Below are positions 29,374 through 42,631 of a stretch of DNA of 64,000 nt, in pieces (position 1 is the first letter of the stretch; every line of letters starts with the position of its first letter). A program made the translations under genes and the position numbers. Under the pieces are notes generated by a model. That model searched no databases and was not told the DNA's origin. It saw only the letters and a list, made by a program, of their open reading frames with translations. This DNA is from Eledone cirrhosa (Eukaryota), in contig OZ024740.1 of assembly GCA_964016885.1 (NCBI GenBank), positions 322,338,001-322,402,000 on the forward strand, given 5' to 3'.

Positions 29374-31894
29374 CTGCTGATGGCGGCAGACGAAGTCTGT
29401 GGCTGGAGCAGGCCTGTAGGCAGGAGGAGAGTAACATGGTGGTGGAACAGTAAGGTGGAGGGGTCAATTAAGGCCAAAAAGCAGGCTTGGAAAGTATGGC
29501 GGGATGGGGGAAGCAGAGTAGACTATCAAGTGGCCAGGAGGGAAGCTAGGAGACAAGTGTACTTTACAAGAAGGGAAGCAGAGGAAAGAAAGTTCAAGCA
29601 TGTTCTACAACGCAAGGACCAAAAACGTGAGGTGTTCAGGATTGCTAGGCAATGTGTCAAGGAAAACCGTGATATTGTCGGGGAGAAGTGTGTACTTAAT
29701 GATGACGGCGTACTTGCCATCACCGACGCTGATAAGAAGGTAGCTTGGAAGTGTCACTATGAAAGGCTACTAAAAGAGAATAAATGGGAGAAAGACAGTC
29801 TCCCCCACATCGACCCAATAGAGGGACCAGCAGTGTTAGTCGAGGGTAGTATAATAAGTAAGGCAATCAAAGATATGAAGACGGGTAAGGCGGCTGGGCC
29901 TTCGGAAATAGTTGCCGAAATGCTGAAGGCATCTGGTACGGTGGGACACACCATGGTCACCTGGATAGTTAACCAAGTCGTACAGAATGGAGTTGTTCCG
30001 AAGGACTGGCGTAACAGCATCATCGTTAACTGTTATAAGGGTAAAGGAGATGCTCTAGATAGGAGTAACTATAGAGGCATTAAATTAATCGACTAGGTCA
30101 TGAAGGTCACGGAAAAAGTAATAGCGCAACTAATCAGAGAGAGAATTGATCTAGATGAAATGCAGTTCGGGTTTGTGTCAGGCAAAAGTACCACAGACAC
30201 TCTTTTCATTGTACGACAACTCCAGGAGAAGTACCTAGCTAAAAGTAAACCCCTATACTTAGCCTTTGTCGACTTGGAGAAAGCCTTCGACAGAGTCCCC
30301 CGTTCCATTATCTGGTGGGCTCTTAGAAAACTAGGTGTTGACGAATGGCTTGTGAGAGCTATACAAGCCATGTATAAAGAAACAGTCAGCAAGGTTAGAA
30401 TTAACAACGAATATAGTGAAGAGTTTAGCGTAAAAGTTGGCGTCCATCAGGGCTCTGTTCTCAGCCCCCTACTATTTATTATTGCCCTTCAGGCTATAAC
30501 AGAGGAGTTCAAGACCGGTTGCCCATGGGAACTCCTATACGCAGATGACCTAACACTCATAGCTGAATCAATGGCCGAGCTAGAGAAGAAATTCCAAACA
30601 TGGAAGCACGGCCTAGAATCAAATGCCTTAAAATTAACCTGGCTAAGACTAAAGTTCTAGTTTGTAAGAAAGAAAATAAGGTGGCGGTCCCTTCCGGGAA
30701 GTGGCCATGCTCAGTGTGTAGGAAAGGCGAAGGTAGAAACTCCATTTTATGTCCCAAATGCAAAGTATGGGTGCATAAAAGATGTAGTGGGATCACAGGT
30801 AAGCTAACTAAGAACATAGATTTTACATGTGGCCGGTGCTCTGGTGCAATAAGTAGCAGCAAGTTGCCACAAAATACTAGCTCTTTCAACTGCGCAGAGG
30901 GTTCTATAGAAATAGTGGACAGCTTCCGTTACCTGGGTGACAAAATCAGCAGTGGGGGAGGGTGCTCTGAAAGTACAGTAGCTAGAGTCAGAACTGGATG
31001 GAAAAAGTTCAGAGAGCTTATACCACTATTGGCCGCTAAAGGGTTCTCTCTAAAAATGAAAGGCAGGCTGTATGATGCCTGCATACGAACAGCAATGTTA
31101 CATGGCAGTGAGACCTGGGCATTGTGTGCAGAGGATACATGCAGACTGGAGAGGAACGAAGCTTGCATACTACGCTGGATGTGTAATAGTAATATACGTG
31201 AACGGCAAAGCATAAACGAACTAAGGGAAAAATTAGGAATAAGAGGGATCAGATGTTGTTTACTCGAGAGAAAACTACGTTGGTATGGTCACGTGATGCG
31301 CATGAAAGACGATAGCTGTATAACAAAGTGCAGGGCAATAAAGATAGACGGTAGCCACGGAATAGGCAGACCCAGAAAAACCTGGGACGAGCTGATAAAT
31401 TCCGACCTCACACACTTACACCTCTCCAAGACAATGTCACTGGACCGAGACCTTTGGCGGTACTCAGTAATAGAGAAGACCCGCCTTACCTAAATACAAA
31501 GTAAAACCTACTACAGTCAGTAGGCATCTCTAACAAAATACACCCCGTCCCACCACCCCCACCCCATCCACACCGCCCCTTTCAATGTAAAGTCATGTTG
31601 GTGCCACAACATCCAGGCCGAAACAAATGAGATCGTGTAGGTGTCACGACAAAAAAAAACACACACAGTTCACGCTATAATATGGCAACACGGTAAAAAC
31701 CTCCCAGTAGGCAACACGGTAAAAACCTCCCAGCCCCACACTGTAAATGTGGTTGGTGTTAGGAAGGGCATCCAGCTGTAGAAAACCCGCCAGATAGTCC
31801 TATGCGAGCAAGATAATCACTCTTGCCTCAAGTGGGAAAACCCCTGTCCAAACCCATGCAAGCGTGGAACACGGACGTTAAACGTTGATGATGA
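29374..31894 (+). mobile_element. Largest RTE LINE copy (subfamily A): linker, RT, PHD-type finger, C-terminus and 3' UTR; 5'-truncated, lacking the APE domain
   Basis: Three consecutive ORF pieces: TWWWN, KAAGP, NYRGIKL, DLEKAFD, QGSVLSP, YADD, C4HC3, RWYGHV, GRPRKTW. One TAG at 30094-30096 and one frameshift near 30625; (GAT)n tail. Confidence 0.95.
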
Positions 31895-32364
31895 TATATA
31901 TAATTGAAAAGAACAAACAAAACGCAGGAGGCAATTGTACACAGTTGTATTAGGTTCACGCTCGGTGGAAGTGGTGTGTGTGTATATGTTTATATGTATA
32001 TATATGTGTGTATATGTATGTTTGTGTATATATGAGTGTATATATATCATCATCATCACCGTTTAGTGTCCAGTTGATGATGTATATATAATGTATGTAT
32101 GTATATATATGTGTGTGTGTATGTATGTATATATATCTGTGTATAGACATGTATATATGTGTACATTTGTATATATATGTCTACATATGTCTATGTATGT
32201 GTGTACATTTGTATATATATGTGTCTACATATTTCTATGTATGTGTGTACATTTGTATATATATGTGTCTACATATATGTCTATGTATGTGTGTGCGTAT
32301 GTATATATATATGTGTCTACATATATGTCTATGTATGTGTGTGCGTGTTTATATATATATATGA

Positions 32365-33450
32365 CCCTTTGATTCCAAATTTAATTTCCGTAGACAACTT
32401 ATTTAGTTCTTTTGTGGATTTGTTTATAAGGACCAAATCATCTTCATAGAGAGGTTCCTATGGACAACCAGTTTTAAACTTCTCTGTTATAGCCTGGAGG
32501 ACTATAATGAATAGTAGTGGGCTAAGAACCAAACCTTGATGAACTCCTACCTGTACCTTGAATTCCTCACTAAACTCACTTCATACTCCCACTTTACTGA
32601 CTGCTCCTCGGAACATGGCTTACATTGCTCTAACAAGCCATCCTACTACGCCTAATTTCTTTAAGGACCACCAGATAATAGATCATGGTACTCTGACAAA
32701 GGCCTTTTCTAGATCAACAAAAACTAATTATGTTCTTGGTTTGGAACTTCTGCTGAAGTTGCCTTACTAAGGGTATCTCTAGTATTTTCCCAGGCATGAA
32801 ATCAAACTGCATCTCATCCAATTTGACTCTTCCCCTAACTAGCTGCTCTATAACTCTTTCTGTCACTTTCATAACTTGATCCATTAGTTTTATTCCTCCG
32901 TAGTTGCTCTGTTCTAGAGCTTCACCTTCGCCTGTATAACGATTTATGATCGTACTGCTGCTCCAGTCATTCGGTATGACCTTGCCCTGTATTACCTGAT
33001 TGACTATATGGGTTACTAGTTCAACTCCTACTTCTGTTGCATTTCAGCAACTATATTTGATGGTCGTGCAGCTTTACCACTCTTCATCTCTTGGCTTGCT
33101 TCTTTGACCCTATATCTGTCAACTTCAATAGCTGGTCCTTCTGTAGGGTAAGTTGGGGGTAGTTTTTCTTCCTCCCATTCATTCTCTACATTCATCAATC
33201 TTCTATAACAACATTTCTTTCTTTTGGGAATCAGTGGTGCTAAGTGTACCATCATCATTTCAAACACATTTTTCCCCAACATCACAATATACACTAACAC
33301 ACTGCTTTGTAATGTAAAACACTTCATATCTCTAATCCTCAAGACTGTATGTTTGTTGTTTAGCTTCTGTCTTAGCTACTTGGTACTGGTCTCTGCTACC
33401 CCCATTTTTTCCAGTCTTTCCATTCCTGGCTTTAATGGCTCTACCCACTG
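32365..33450 (-). mobile_element. Older decayed RTE RT fragment
   Basis: Minus strand NVENEWEEEKLP...EGPAIEV...MKSGKAARPSNIVAEM, VDLEKAF, GVHQG, LYEDDL. Confidence 0.82.
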
Positions 33451-33755
33451 TGCTATTCTACTATATGTATATAAATATATATATAAACCCCTAGAGCAAA
33501 TATTTATTATTAGTACAGATTAAAGTTTAAGCAAAGAATTTCTGCTTTCACCCTATATGGCATCTGATTTCAGAATGTTTCACGTGTGTGTGTGTGTGTA
33601 TATATATATATATGTATATGTGTATATATATATATGTATGTATATATATGTGTGTGTGTGTGTGTGTATATAAAAATGTAATCTGAGTTTTTCGAATGTT
33701 ATTATTAATATTCAAAAAGTCGGCCCTTGTGGCCAATAAATGAAATCATTATTAA

Positions 33756-33942
33756 GGGTGGTGAATTGGCAGTATCGGTAGAGGGTCAGACATGCTTTCC
33801 AGCACAGTTACGTCCCTTTACGATCTGAGTTCAAATCCCGCTGAAGTTAACTCTGCCTTTCATCCTTATGAGGTCGATAAAATAAAGTACCAGTAATGTA
33901 CTGGGTAATTGCGGGCCTTGTGCCAAAAGTAGAAACAATTAT
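33756..33942 (+). mobile_element. tRNA-derived SINE
   Basis: A-box-like tggcagtatcgg, B-box gagttcaaatccc, core gcctttcatcctt...ggtcgataaaataaagtaccag; related copies at about 52425-52645 (+), 56335-56430 (-), 56960-57090 (+). Confidence 0.8.
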
Positions 33943-34006
33943 TAATATTCAAAAAACTCAGATTACATTTATTGTATTGAGCCATGTAGAGCGAACATTT
34001 TCTTAT

Positions 34007-34051
<45 letters not shown>

Positions 34052-34583
34052 TTTTTTCCAAAATTAACATTGCTTCATCTGTTGTCATTGCAAACAAAAA
34101 TTGGATTAGTATTCATAGTTTGTCTGAGTACTTATGTGGGGCAATGTCCTCTGAGATTGCTTCAAAGACTACCTCTCATTTACTTACTTAAACCCATGCA
34201 CTCTGCTGGGTACTTGGACGGGCCAGGGTGAGCATCTTGCTTATAAAATTTACTCACGCTGTATGAAGTGCGTTTCATCATGGCACCAGAAATAGGAAAG
34301 CTGTCACATCTTTGACACAGCTGAAGAGTCATTGTGAATCCTTGTTATGATAAATTTCCGATAGCTGGATGCCCTTCCTTTCATGAACTACTTTAAAGAT
34401 TATACTGGGTGATCGTTTATCATGTATATCAACAACTCGAAAGAGATTGTCATGTCTTTGACACAACTGACTCTTTGTTGGCAAAGTCTTCTACTTGCAA
34501 TTATTTTGTAAGTCACCAACGCTAGGGTGTTATACACACATATACTTACCTACATTATGTATATAGCCATAATATGTATGTAA

Positions 34584-34625
<42 letters not shown>

Positions 34626-34706
34626 AAGAGATAGATAGATAGAGAGATATGTACATCAAAGCCTGTGTGTGTATACACGCATACATACATTTTGATGTAA
34701 TGTATT

Positions 34707-34782
<76 letters not shown>

Positions 34783-34791
34783 TGTCACATC

Positions 34792-34883
34792 GCCAGCTTG
34801 AGGAGCAGATCGATATTGGAGTCGGGTCCATAATTCCTATGGGTTACATTGAGCCAATCCTCTGCGAAACGCGCGTAACAGGT
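34792..34883 (+). ncRNA. Degenerate type I hammerhead motif with long stem II
   Basis: UUGAGGA-GCAGA...UCUGC-GAA-ACGCGCGU-A; palindromic stem III; C3 altered and stem I mismatched; AATAAA at 34892. Confidence 0.55.
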
Positions 34884-35140
34884 AGATACACAATAAATAT
34901 CTTTTATATGTAAACGAAACTTCGTGGGGTTTTTTTCTAGTATATATATCAACATACATTTAATGTTAACCAACGATATTATTGGTTGCAATGGTTTTTT
35001 TTTTTTTTTTTTCACCAGCACATTTAATAAATAGGGATATATTATTATAACTATTATATCAATCTATCTATCTATGATCGAATCTGCTGCTGTTATTAAA
35101 TACGCACTCATATCATTAAGATAACACACAGACATATATA

Positions 35141-35207
<67 letters not shown>

Positions 35208-35969
35208 ATTGTTAGCGACAGAGCACCACTTCTTACGTCGCTAATGTTTAATATCCAATTATTAACATGGACACAAAATCGGGGATTGGTCATTTCTGCA
35301 TCGTTCTCTCTCCTCCGCCCTTAAAATATTAAATAATAAACCAATCCCTTGTGCAATAATTTCTCATTTCTTTATTTAACTAGATCTTTTATAGTATGTT
35401 GTTGTTGTGTGTGTTCTATCTGTGATGCTTCTCAATGTAATATATTTTTCATTTGCCTTCGTTTAGTTCTCTCTCTCTCTCTACTGTGGCCATGTTGTTA
35501 GAAATTAAATGGAGGCTTGTTTGTTAACAATTTACGTTCACGCAGACATATACATACAGTAATACACGCACTCGTGTGTATACCCACACGTACAGTAATA
35601 TTCATACACAGCAATACATATACATACACACACCAATACGCTTACACATATACTGTAATAGATGCACAGCGACATATTCACACATACATACAGTATGACA
35701 TAGATGTATACACTGAGCAACACACATACAGTAAGACTTACATACAAGTACACAGCAAGCAATATAAATATACATGTACACACCAAGCAACACACACTGA
35801 CACATTAAACACGACAATATATATAGAAACAGCAACATATGCACATTCACAGCAACACACACAAACTGCAACAGATATACACAAATGCGCACAGCAACAC
35901 ACACATGCATACATCATTATATGAGCATACAAACAGCAGTATTTATGCGTGCTCACACACGCCTGTGTG

Positions 35970-36292
35970 TGTGTGACACATACATAAACATATATGACAA
36001 TGTCATACACATATACACGAGTCTCTATGACAATCACACACATACATACACATATTTATGGCAATGTCACACACATATATATACACACATGTGTCAAGCA
36101 CACATATGTCTGTAAGACAATGTCATATACCGACGTGTGTGTGTGACAATGTCATACACATATATACATAAAAGTGTCTATATACATGCCTATATGACAA
36201 TGTCACACACATCTCTATATGATTGTCACATACATACAAGTACACATATCTGTATATGACAATGTCACACAGCTTTATATGACAATGTCACA
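35970..36292. repeat. Degenerate minisatellite with palindromic core TGACAATGTCA
   Basis: About 8-9 recurrences of (ta)tgacaatgtcacac in a CA-rich background. Confidence 0.7.
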
Positions 36293-36725
36293 ATTGCTAC
36301 CTAGACTGTCCACTCGCGAAATTTGAGCTCCGGTTTTATCCAACAGTATCACGACTACTGACAACACTGTCAGTAACACCATCGCCACCACCATTAGTTG
36401 GCCTGATTGGTAACGATACCCCCACCGCCACCATACCACTATTAGCTGGACTTATTACTGCTATACCCCCCCCTCTCTCTCTCTCTTCCTCTCTCCCCCA
36501 GTGGAATGCAGGTACTCGCTACTGTTGCTTCTGTTTAGTAAAGTCCGTTTATAAAACTACTTTGCCACCACACTTTGTGGCATACACATACATATTTATA
36601 TTAAATACGCTCGGTTACACACTCTGTATATATACAGATATAAAACTTTATGTATATATTTAAATTAGTTACAACAGTGACATGTACAGGTACTTAAGTT
36701 TCGTTAGGCTCTTTACTCCAACCCA

Positions 36726-36778
<53 letters not shown>

Positions 36779-37328
36779 GTAAAATTAGAATTTTATTTCT
36801 CGCCCTAGCACAGCTGATACACAAATGTAAGTATACATACGTATACGCACACACACACAATGTGTGTGAGTGTGTACGGTGTATACCCAAGCACATACAA
36901 ATTAATTAGTAATAGCTTTAACAGCGTGGTTCAGAATAGAGGCATATATTAGAATAGACCCATATCCAATGTTTATTTATGTATAATAAACATACATATA
37001 GTCCTTGTGAATATTTGAAGCTATGATCATATCACAGCTACAGTGTAATCAGACCTCTTTACATGTATTTCAGTTGTTATTCATATATAATACCTAAGTG
37101 CGTGATTTAAATACTTGAAACGTTCAAATATTACTGAATGAGCACTCAATACATTTGAGCAGAGTGTAAGATTTATTTTCTGAAGCGAAAGGTGGTAGTG
37201 ACTTTGAAGTTTCAGTTATTGCTTCATATTAACCGTGGTAATCTTTCCGTCTCATCTCACGCATATAGCTGTCTTCTGTTGTGGCCGTTGTCATATGTTG
37301 AGTCTTGTCTTATTTTTCTTTCAGTAGT

Positions 37329-37590
37329 TCCCCCCCCCCCCCCTCCCCCCTCTCCCCCTCCCCCCTCCCCCCTCTCCCCCTCCCCTTTCCTCTCCCCCTC
37401 TCACTTCTCTTTCTCTCACCCTCTCTCTCACTTCTCTTTCTCTCACCCTCTCTCTCACTTCTCTTTCTCTCACCCTCTCTCTCACTTCTCTTTCTCTCAC
37501 CCTCTCTCTCACTTCTCTTTCTCTCACCCTCTCTCTCACTTCTCTTTCTCTCACCCTCTCTCCCACTTCTCTTTCTCACCCTCTCTCTCA
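37329..37590. repeat. C-run tract followed by a 27-bp pyrimidine minisatellite (about 7 copies)
   Basis: Unit ctctcacttctctttctctcaccctct; the G-runs on the minus strand could form a G-quadruplex. Confidence 0.9.
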
Positions 37591-38534
37591 GCGGCACCTT
37601 GGGCAAATGTCATTTACTGTGGCCTCAGGTCAATCTAAGCCTTATGGTTGACGGAAACTATTTGGAAGCCCGTCGGTTGGATTTTACCTGTAATTTAAAG
37701 GCACAGTCTGGTCGGACATTGTGTCTTACTGAATCTTCCTGAGAATTATATTATGGAGATACATGTCTGTGAAACACCCAGTCACTTCACTACACAATTC
37801 AAAGGGTCAGCCTTGTCACGCACGCACACGCAGTCATGTTGAATCTCTCCAAGAATTATGTTGAGGGTATATATGTCTGTGGCATACTCAGCCATTTATA
37901 CTAAAGCCAACCTTTTCACACTCAATGTCACGTTGAATCTCCCTGAGAATTATATTAAGGGTACACGTGACTAGAATACTCATCTACTTGCACATTAAAT
38001 TCACGAGCAGGCTGTTAACCGGACTGGAGCATTCATTGTCGAAACCAACGAAAGTCCATTTCATTCTCCTCTCTTCTCTCACCTATATATAATATATAAC
38101 GTCTTAATTTTTCTCTTTCCATCTAAATATTTTTCTCCCCCTACCTCTCTCTCTATATATAATCACATACATATAGTATACATATAATGCATTATACTCT
38201 TTTTCTCTCTCACACACATATGCATATAACATATATCATGTTGCTTCTATCGATATTCTGTATTATATTAGATATCTACGTTGTTGTCTGTCATATCACC
38301 TCTACCATATCGTATCGCTTCCACTTAGCAGATATCATCATATATGTTGCTGTAGCTAGCTCTTCAGCCTCTCTCTTTCTGCCTCTCTATTACTCTTTGT
38401 CTTTGATTCTCTTCGCCTAACTCTCTTTCACTGTCTTTCTGTGTGTCTGCCTTCTTTTTTCTTCTCTCTCTCTTGCAAATCTGATTTAAATTAATCTTTT
38501 GAACATTATTTTGTGCGCGCGCGCACACACGTCG

Positions 38535-39030
38535 TCATCATCATCATCAGTTTTACATCCATTTTTCTTTACTTGTATGGGTTCGACAGGTCCTTTTCAC
38601 CACAGCCTCCCTCTACTTCTTGCATTCGTTTGTCATTTCCTCTGTGAGGTTCAACAATTTGAGATCAGTTCTTACAATCTCTTGCCTTGGTCTTCCTCTA
38701 TTGCAGATTTCTTCCACTGGGATCTCATCACACTTCTTCACTGAACAACCGTCCTCCATACACATAACATATCCATCCCAGCATAGTTTTCTCTCTTTCA
38801 CATAACATCGTATTCCTCTTATGCCCAGCTTTTCTCTCATCCATGCTTGGCCGATAATGTACACTAACATTACGCATGGAACAGAGCATGCTCAACTTGT
38901 TTTTGCCCATATTTCACATATCCTCTGCCCTCATCTCAATACCATACTACATCACACTTCACATGCAGGTGCATCCTACAGCTTGCTTTTGCTCAGTGTA
39001 AAACCTTTTCTTGCCCCTCCCCCCACATAT
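38535..39030 (-). mobile_element. Decayed RTE 3' fragment
   Basis: REKLGIRGIRCYVKERKLCWDGYVM...GRPR and an (ATC)n tail. Confidence 0.8.
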
Positions 39031-39189
39031 GAAATGCACTCATCGTACAGTGAATGCATCAAATGTGGGTATAAAATACACTAATCTAAATGTAGAGTTT
39101 AGAAATAACAGCCAAATCTTCTTCAAACCATACTCTACTGTCTTAAAAGTGATAGGATAGTGACAAATTTGTTAAATGTATTGAATTGG

Positions 39190-39610
39190 TATTGTCTGGA
39201 TCAACACTGAGCTGGTATTGGATCAGGATTCAGGATTACACTGGTATTGTGTCTGGATTCATAATTAAGCTGGTGTTGTGTCTGGATTCACTATTGAGCT
39301 GGTGTTGTCTGGATTCATAATTAAGCTGGGTTGTCTGGATTCACTATTGAGCTGATGTGTCTGGATTCACTATTGACCTGGTGTTGTCTGGATTCACTAT
39401 TGACCTGGTGTTGTCTGGATTCACTATTGAGCTGGTGTTGTCTGGATTCACTATTGAGCTGGTGTTGTCTGGATTCACTATTGAGCTGGTGTTGTGTCTG
39501 GGTTCACTATTGAGCTGGTGTTGTGTCTGGGTTCACTATTGAGCTGGTGTTGTGTCTGGGTTCACTATTGAGCTGGTTTTGTGTCTGGATTCAGAATTGA
39601 ACTGGCACTA
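39190..39610. repeat. 27-29-bp minisatellite (about 14 copies)
   Basis: Unit ctggattcactattgagctggtgttgt(gt). Confidence 0.92.
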
Positions 39611-40206
39611 ACAAAAATATGATATATTATGTATTATAGTCTATTATAAGTCTTTTACCCGACAATGTTAAGTCAGACTATTTTAGCTCATCGCTGATCT
39701 GGGATTAAACAACAGTGAACGCACTTCCACCATCACTTTCAAGATGGCTGACTAACAAAAACATGTGTTTCTCACCTCTGTATTCTTTTCTTCATTTTCA
39801 TTGCCTCTCTTTCCATCTTTCGATGAAAACTCTTTTCCAACTCTATCAAGGATTAAACTAATATATCATTATTGTTTTCTTCTGCATTGTTTTTCCTTGT
39901 TGACTAATACATACACACAACTACTCTGTAAGGTGGTTGTGCTGGTGACATGATAAAACAGTACCCAGTCCCCTTTGTAAATTTGTTGTGATGGTACCAC
40001 TACATAAAAGCACCCAGCTCACCCTGATATGCAGTCATCCTGGTACCACAACTAAAAGCATCCAGTTCACTGTGTGAAGTGGTAGTGGTGGTGAAATGAA
40101 AAAGCTCCCAGTAAATGCCAAAGATAGATCTGTATGAGAAATATGTAGTCACCTGACATGGCTAGCTTCATAACATGACAACCCATCTATGGAAAAGAGA
40201 CATTAA

Positions 40207-40412
40207 CCCTTTAGCATTTACATTACTCTATATATATACTATTTTTTGTGGTAAAGGCTTTACCTCACATAATTATCTCATATATCAAATCTGAGATTTT
40301 GATGCTATTTATTTTGAGAACATTACCTTAACATATCAGTATGAGTGGCTGGTTTGAACAGAAAGAGGTGAGAGAATTCTGGCTAGATACAGACGGTTTA
40401 AATGCTAAAGGG
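40207..40412. mobile_element. piggyBac-like MITE
   Basis: TTAA-CCCTTTAGCATTTA...TAAATGCTAAAGGG-TTAA; second copy at 63330-63547. Confidence 0.85.
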
Positions 40413-40459
40413 TTAAACAGTGATGATATGTGTATGTATAAGACAATCCAGTTCTTTGA

Positions 40460-42020
40460 CTGGCAAAGGAGATAGTTGAGAAAAAAATTGAAGAAGCATT
40501 GAGAAAAATGGAGAGTGGAAGAAGAGGATGGCCAACAGGAATTGTGAGAGATGTGTTAAAGGTAGCAGAAGGTGTGAAGCTTTGTAGTGGAACACAACTT
40601 TCCAGTGGGTTGGAAGTACTCTCATCCCTCTGTACAAAGAGAAAGGTGATCCTCTAGATTGTGGTTTGCATAAAGCTATTAAGCTATTGGAACATGAAAG
40701 GAAAGTATTGCAAAGGTTGTTAATGAAGAAGGTAAGGAAAAATCAAAGATTGATGAAATTCAGTTTGGATTTGTGTTAGGAAAAGGAATGACTGATGCAA
40801 TTTTTATTGTGAAGCTGTTATCGAAGTTCAGGGACAAGAGGAAGAATTTGTTGATCTGGAGAAAGGTTTCGATGAGGCTCCACATGAAGTAGTGACATAG
40901 GCATTGATAGAGTTGGGAATGGAGGAATGGTTGGTTAGAGTGGTGATGATGTATGAGAAAGTGTATACTGTCATAAGGACAAATGATAGAAACAGTGATG
41001 AGTTTGAAGTGACGGCTGGGGTGCATCAGAGATCTGTATTAAGCCCACTACAATTTGTAGTTGTGATAGGTACTGACTCGAAGTGTAAAGGAGGGTTTGC
41101 CATGGGAGTTACTGGATGCAGATGACCTATTGTTAGGATCTAAGTCTATGGATGGACTGAGAAAGATGATGAATAGGTGGAAGGAATGTATGGAGGCAAA
41201 AGATATGAAGGTGAATATTGGAAATATGAAGGTGATGGCAAGTGGTAAAGCATTTGTTGATATAAAAACAATAGGAAGGTGGTTGTGTACAGTGTGCAGG
41301 AAGAGTGATGGAGTAAACGCTGTTAAATGTATTATATGCACTGGATGGGTACATTGAACATGTAGTGGTGTGAATGTATTAATAAATAATGTGACAGCTA
41401 CATTTAAGTGTAAAGTGTGTGTGATTGGAGTTCAGATAGAGAGGATGTTGAACTGGATCTTGGGAATGGTGTGAAGTTGTTAGGTATGAAAACGTTTTGT
41501 TTCTTTGGAGACATGTTGATTGGAGAGGGTGGATCAGACTCTGTGACAGTATCTAGAGTGAGATATGCATGGAAGAAGTTCCGGAATTGAGTGGAGTATT
41601 AATGAGGTAGGAAGTGTTGCTGAAACTGATCAGAAAGATGTATGCTACATGGGTGAGAAGTGCCATGATTTATAGAAGTGAGACATGGCTGATCAATATG
41701 GAGCAACAGAGAAGGCTGGAAAGAACAAATATGAGAATGATCCAGTGGATAAGTGGAGTATCACTGAGAGAGAAAACAATAAATTGCAGATACTGATGGG
41801 AATAGAATTAGTGATGAATGTTGTGAAGAGAAATGGAATGTGGTGGTTGGGTCATGTGTAGAGGAAGGATGAAAATGAGAAAAGTGAGGGAAATAAATGG
41901 GGAAGGATATAGAGGAAGGAGATGATCAAAGAAGATATGGGTAAACATGATGAACAGGATGCAGATCATATGGGAAAACGAAGTTTGTCATAGGGGCCTG
42001 CAAGCTCTTAAAACGCTTGT
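40460..42020 (+). mobile_element. Divergent, decayed RTE subfamily (RT, PHD-type finger, C-terminus)
   Basis: QFGFV, GVHQRSVLSP, PWELLDADDL, WLCTVC...KCIICTGWVH, VRSAMIYRSETW, WLGHV. Confidence 0.85.
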
Positions 42021-42631
42021 TGCTGAATAATATATGTGTGGGGACATGGAACTACTCAGTTTGGTGACTGCACGCAGTTAGCCCACTAGGAGTGAGACTC
42101 CTAGTTGTTGTTAGGACATCATTCTAGGAGAAGGAAATCTCTTGTGTAAAACGTGCGACTTGGTGGCAGCCAATGATGTTGACCTGTTCTTCTTTTTGCA
42201 TACCTGTCACCATTGTTCAGAGAGTGGGATTGATCCAGTACAAGGGCTTTCTTCACTTAAAAAAGCTTCAAGCACAGGCATCACTCGATCTAAACGATTT
42301 TAACGTGTGTTGCGTGAGCATACCCTTTTCTTTTTCTTTTGTTGCAAAACGAATCTAAGTCCTTGGTAGGGCTTAAAAGTCATGTTTGTGCCACCCATGT
42401 ATGAGAAAAAGATCGAGGGATAGGTATTCTCGAAACTGTGATGCAGCCGTTATGTACATATGTATGCACGTACGTATGTACGAATGTATATATATGAACG
42501 TACGTATGAATGTATGAATGATGTGCTTAGACTAAAACACACTGAATGAAGGACAGTATAGAGTCAATGTTTGTTATTGATGGCAACTTTTTACGTCGAG
42601 GTTTTGCTGACGCTGGTGGCTTGTCAATACA

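Noticed and set aside
33756-33850. Possible tRNA genes here and at other A/B-box sites
   Set aside because: No complete cloverleaf; each continues into a repeated SINE body
39190-39610. Regular 27-29-bp repeats resembling a CRISPR array
   Set aside because: No unique spacers, no cas genes, eukaryotic context
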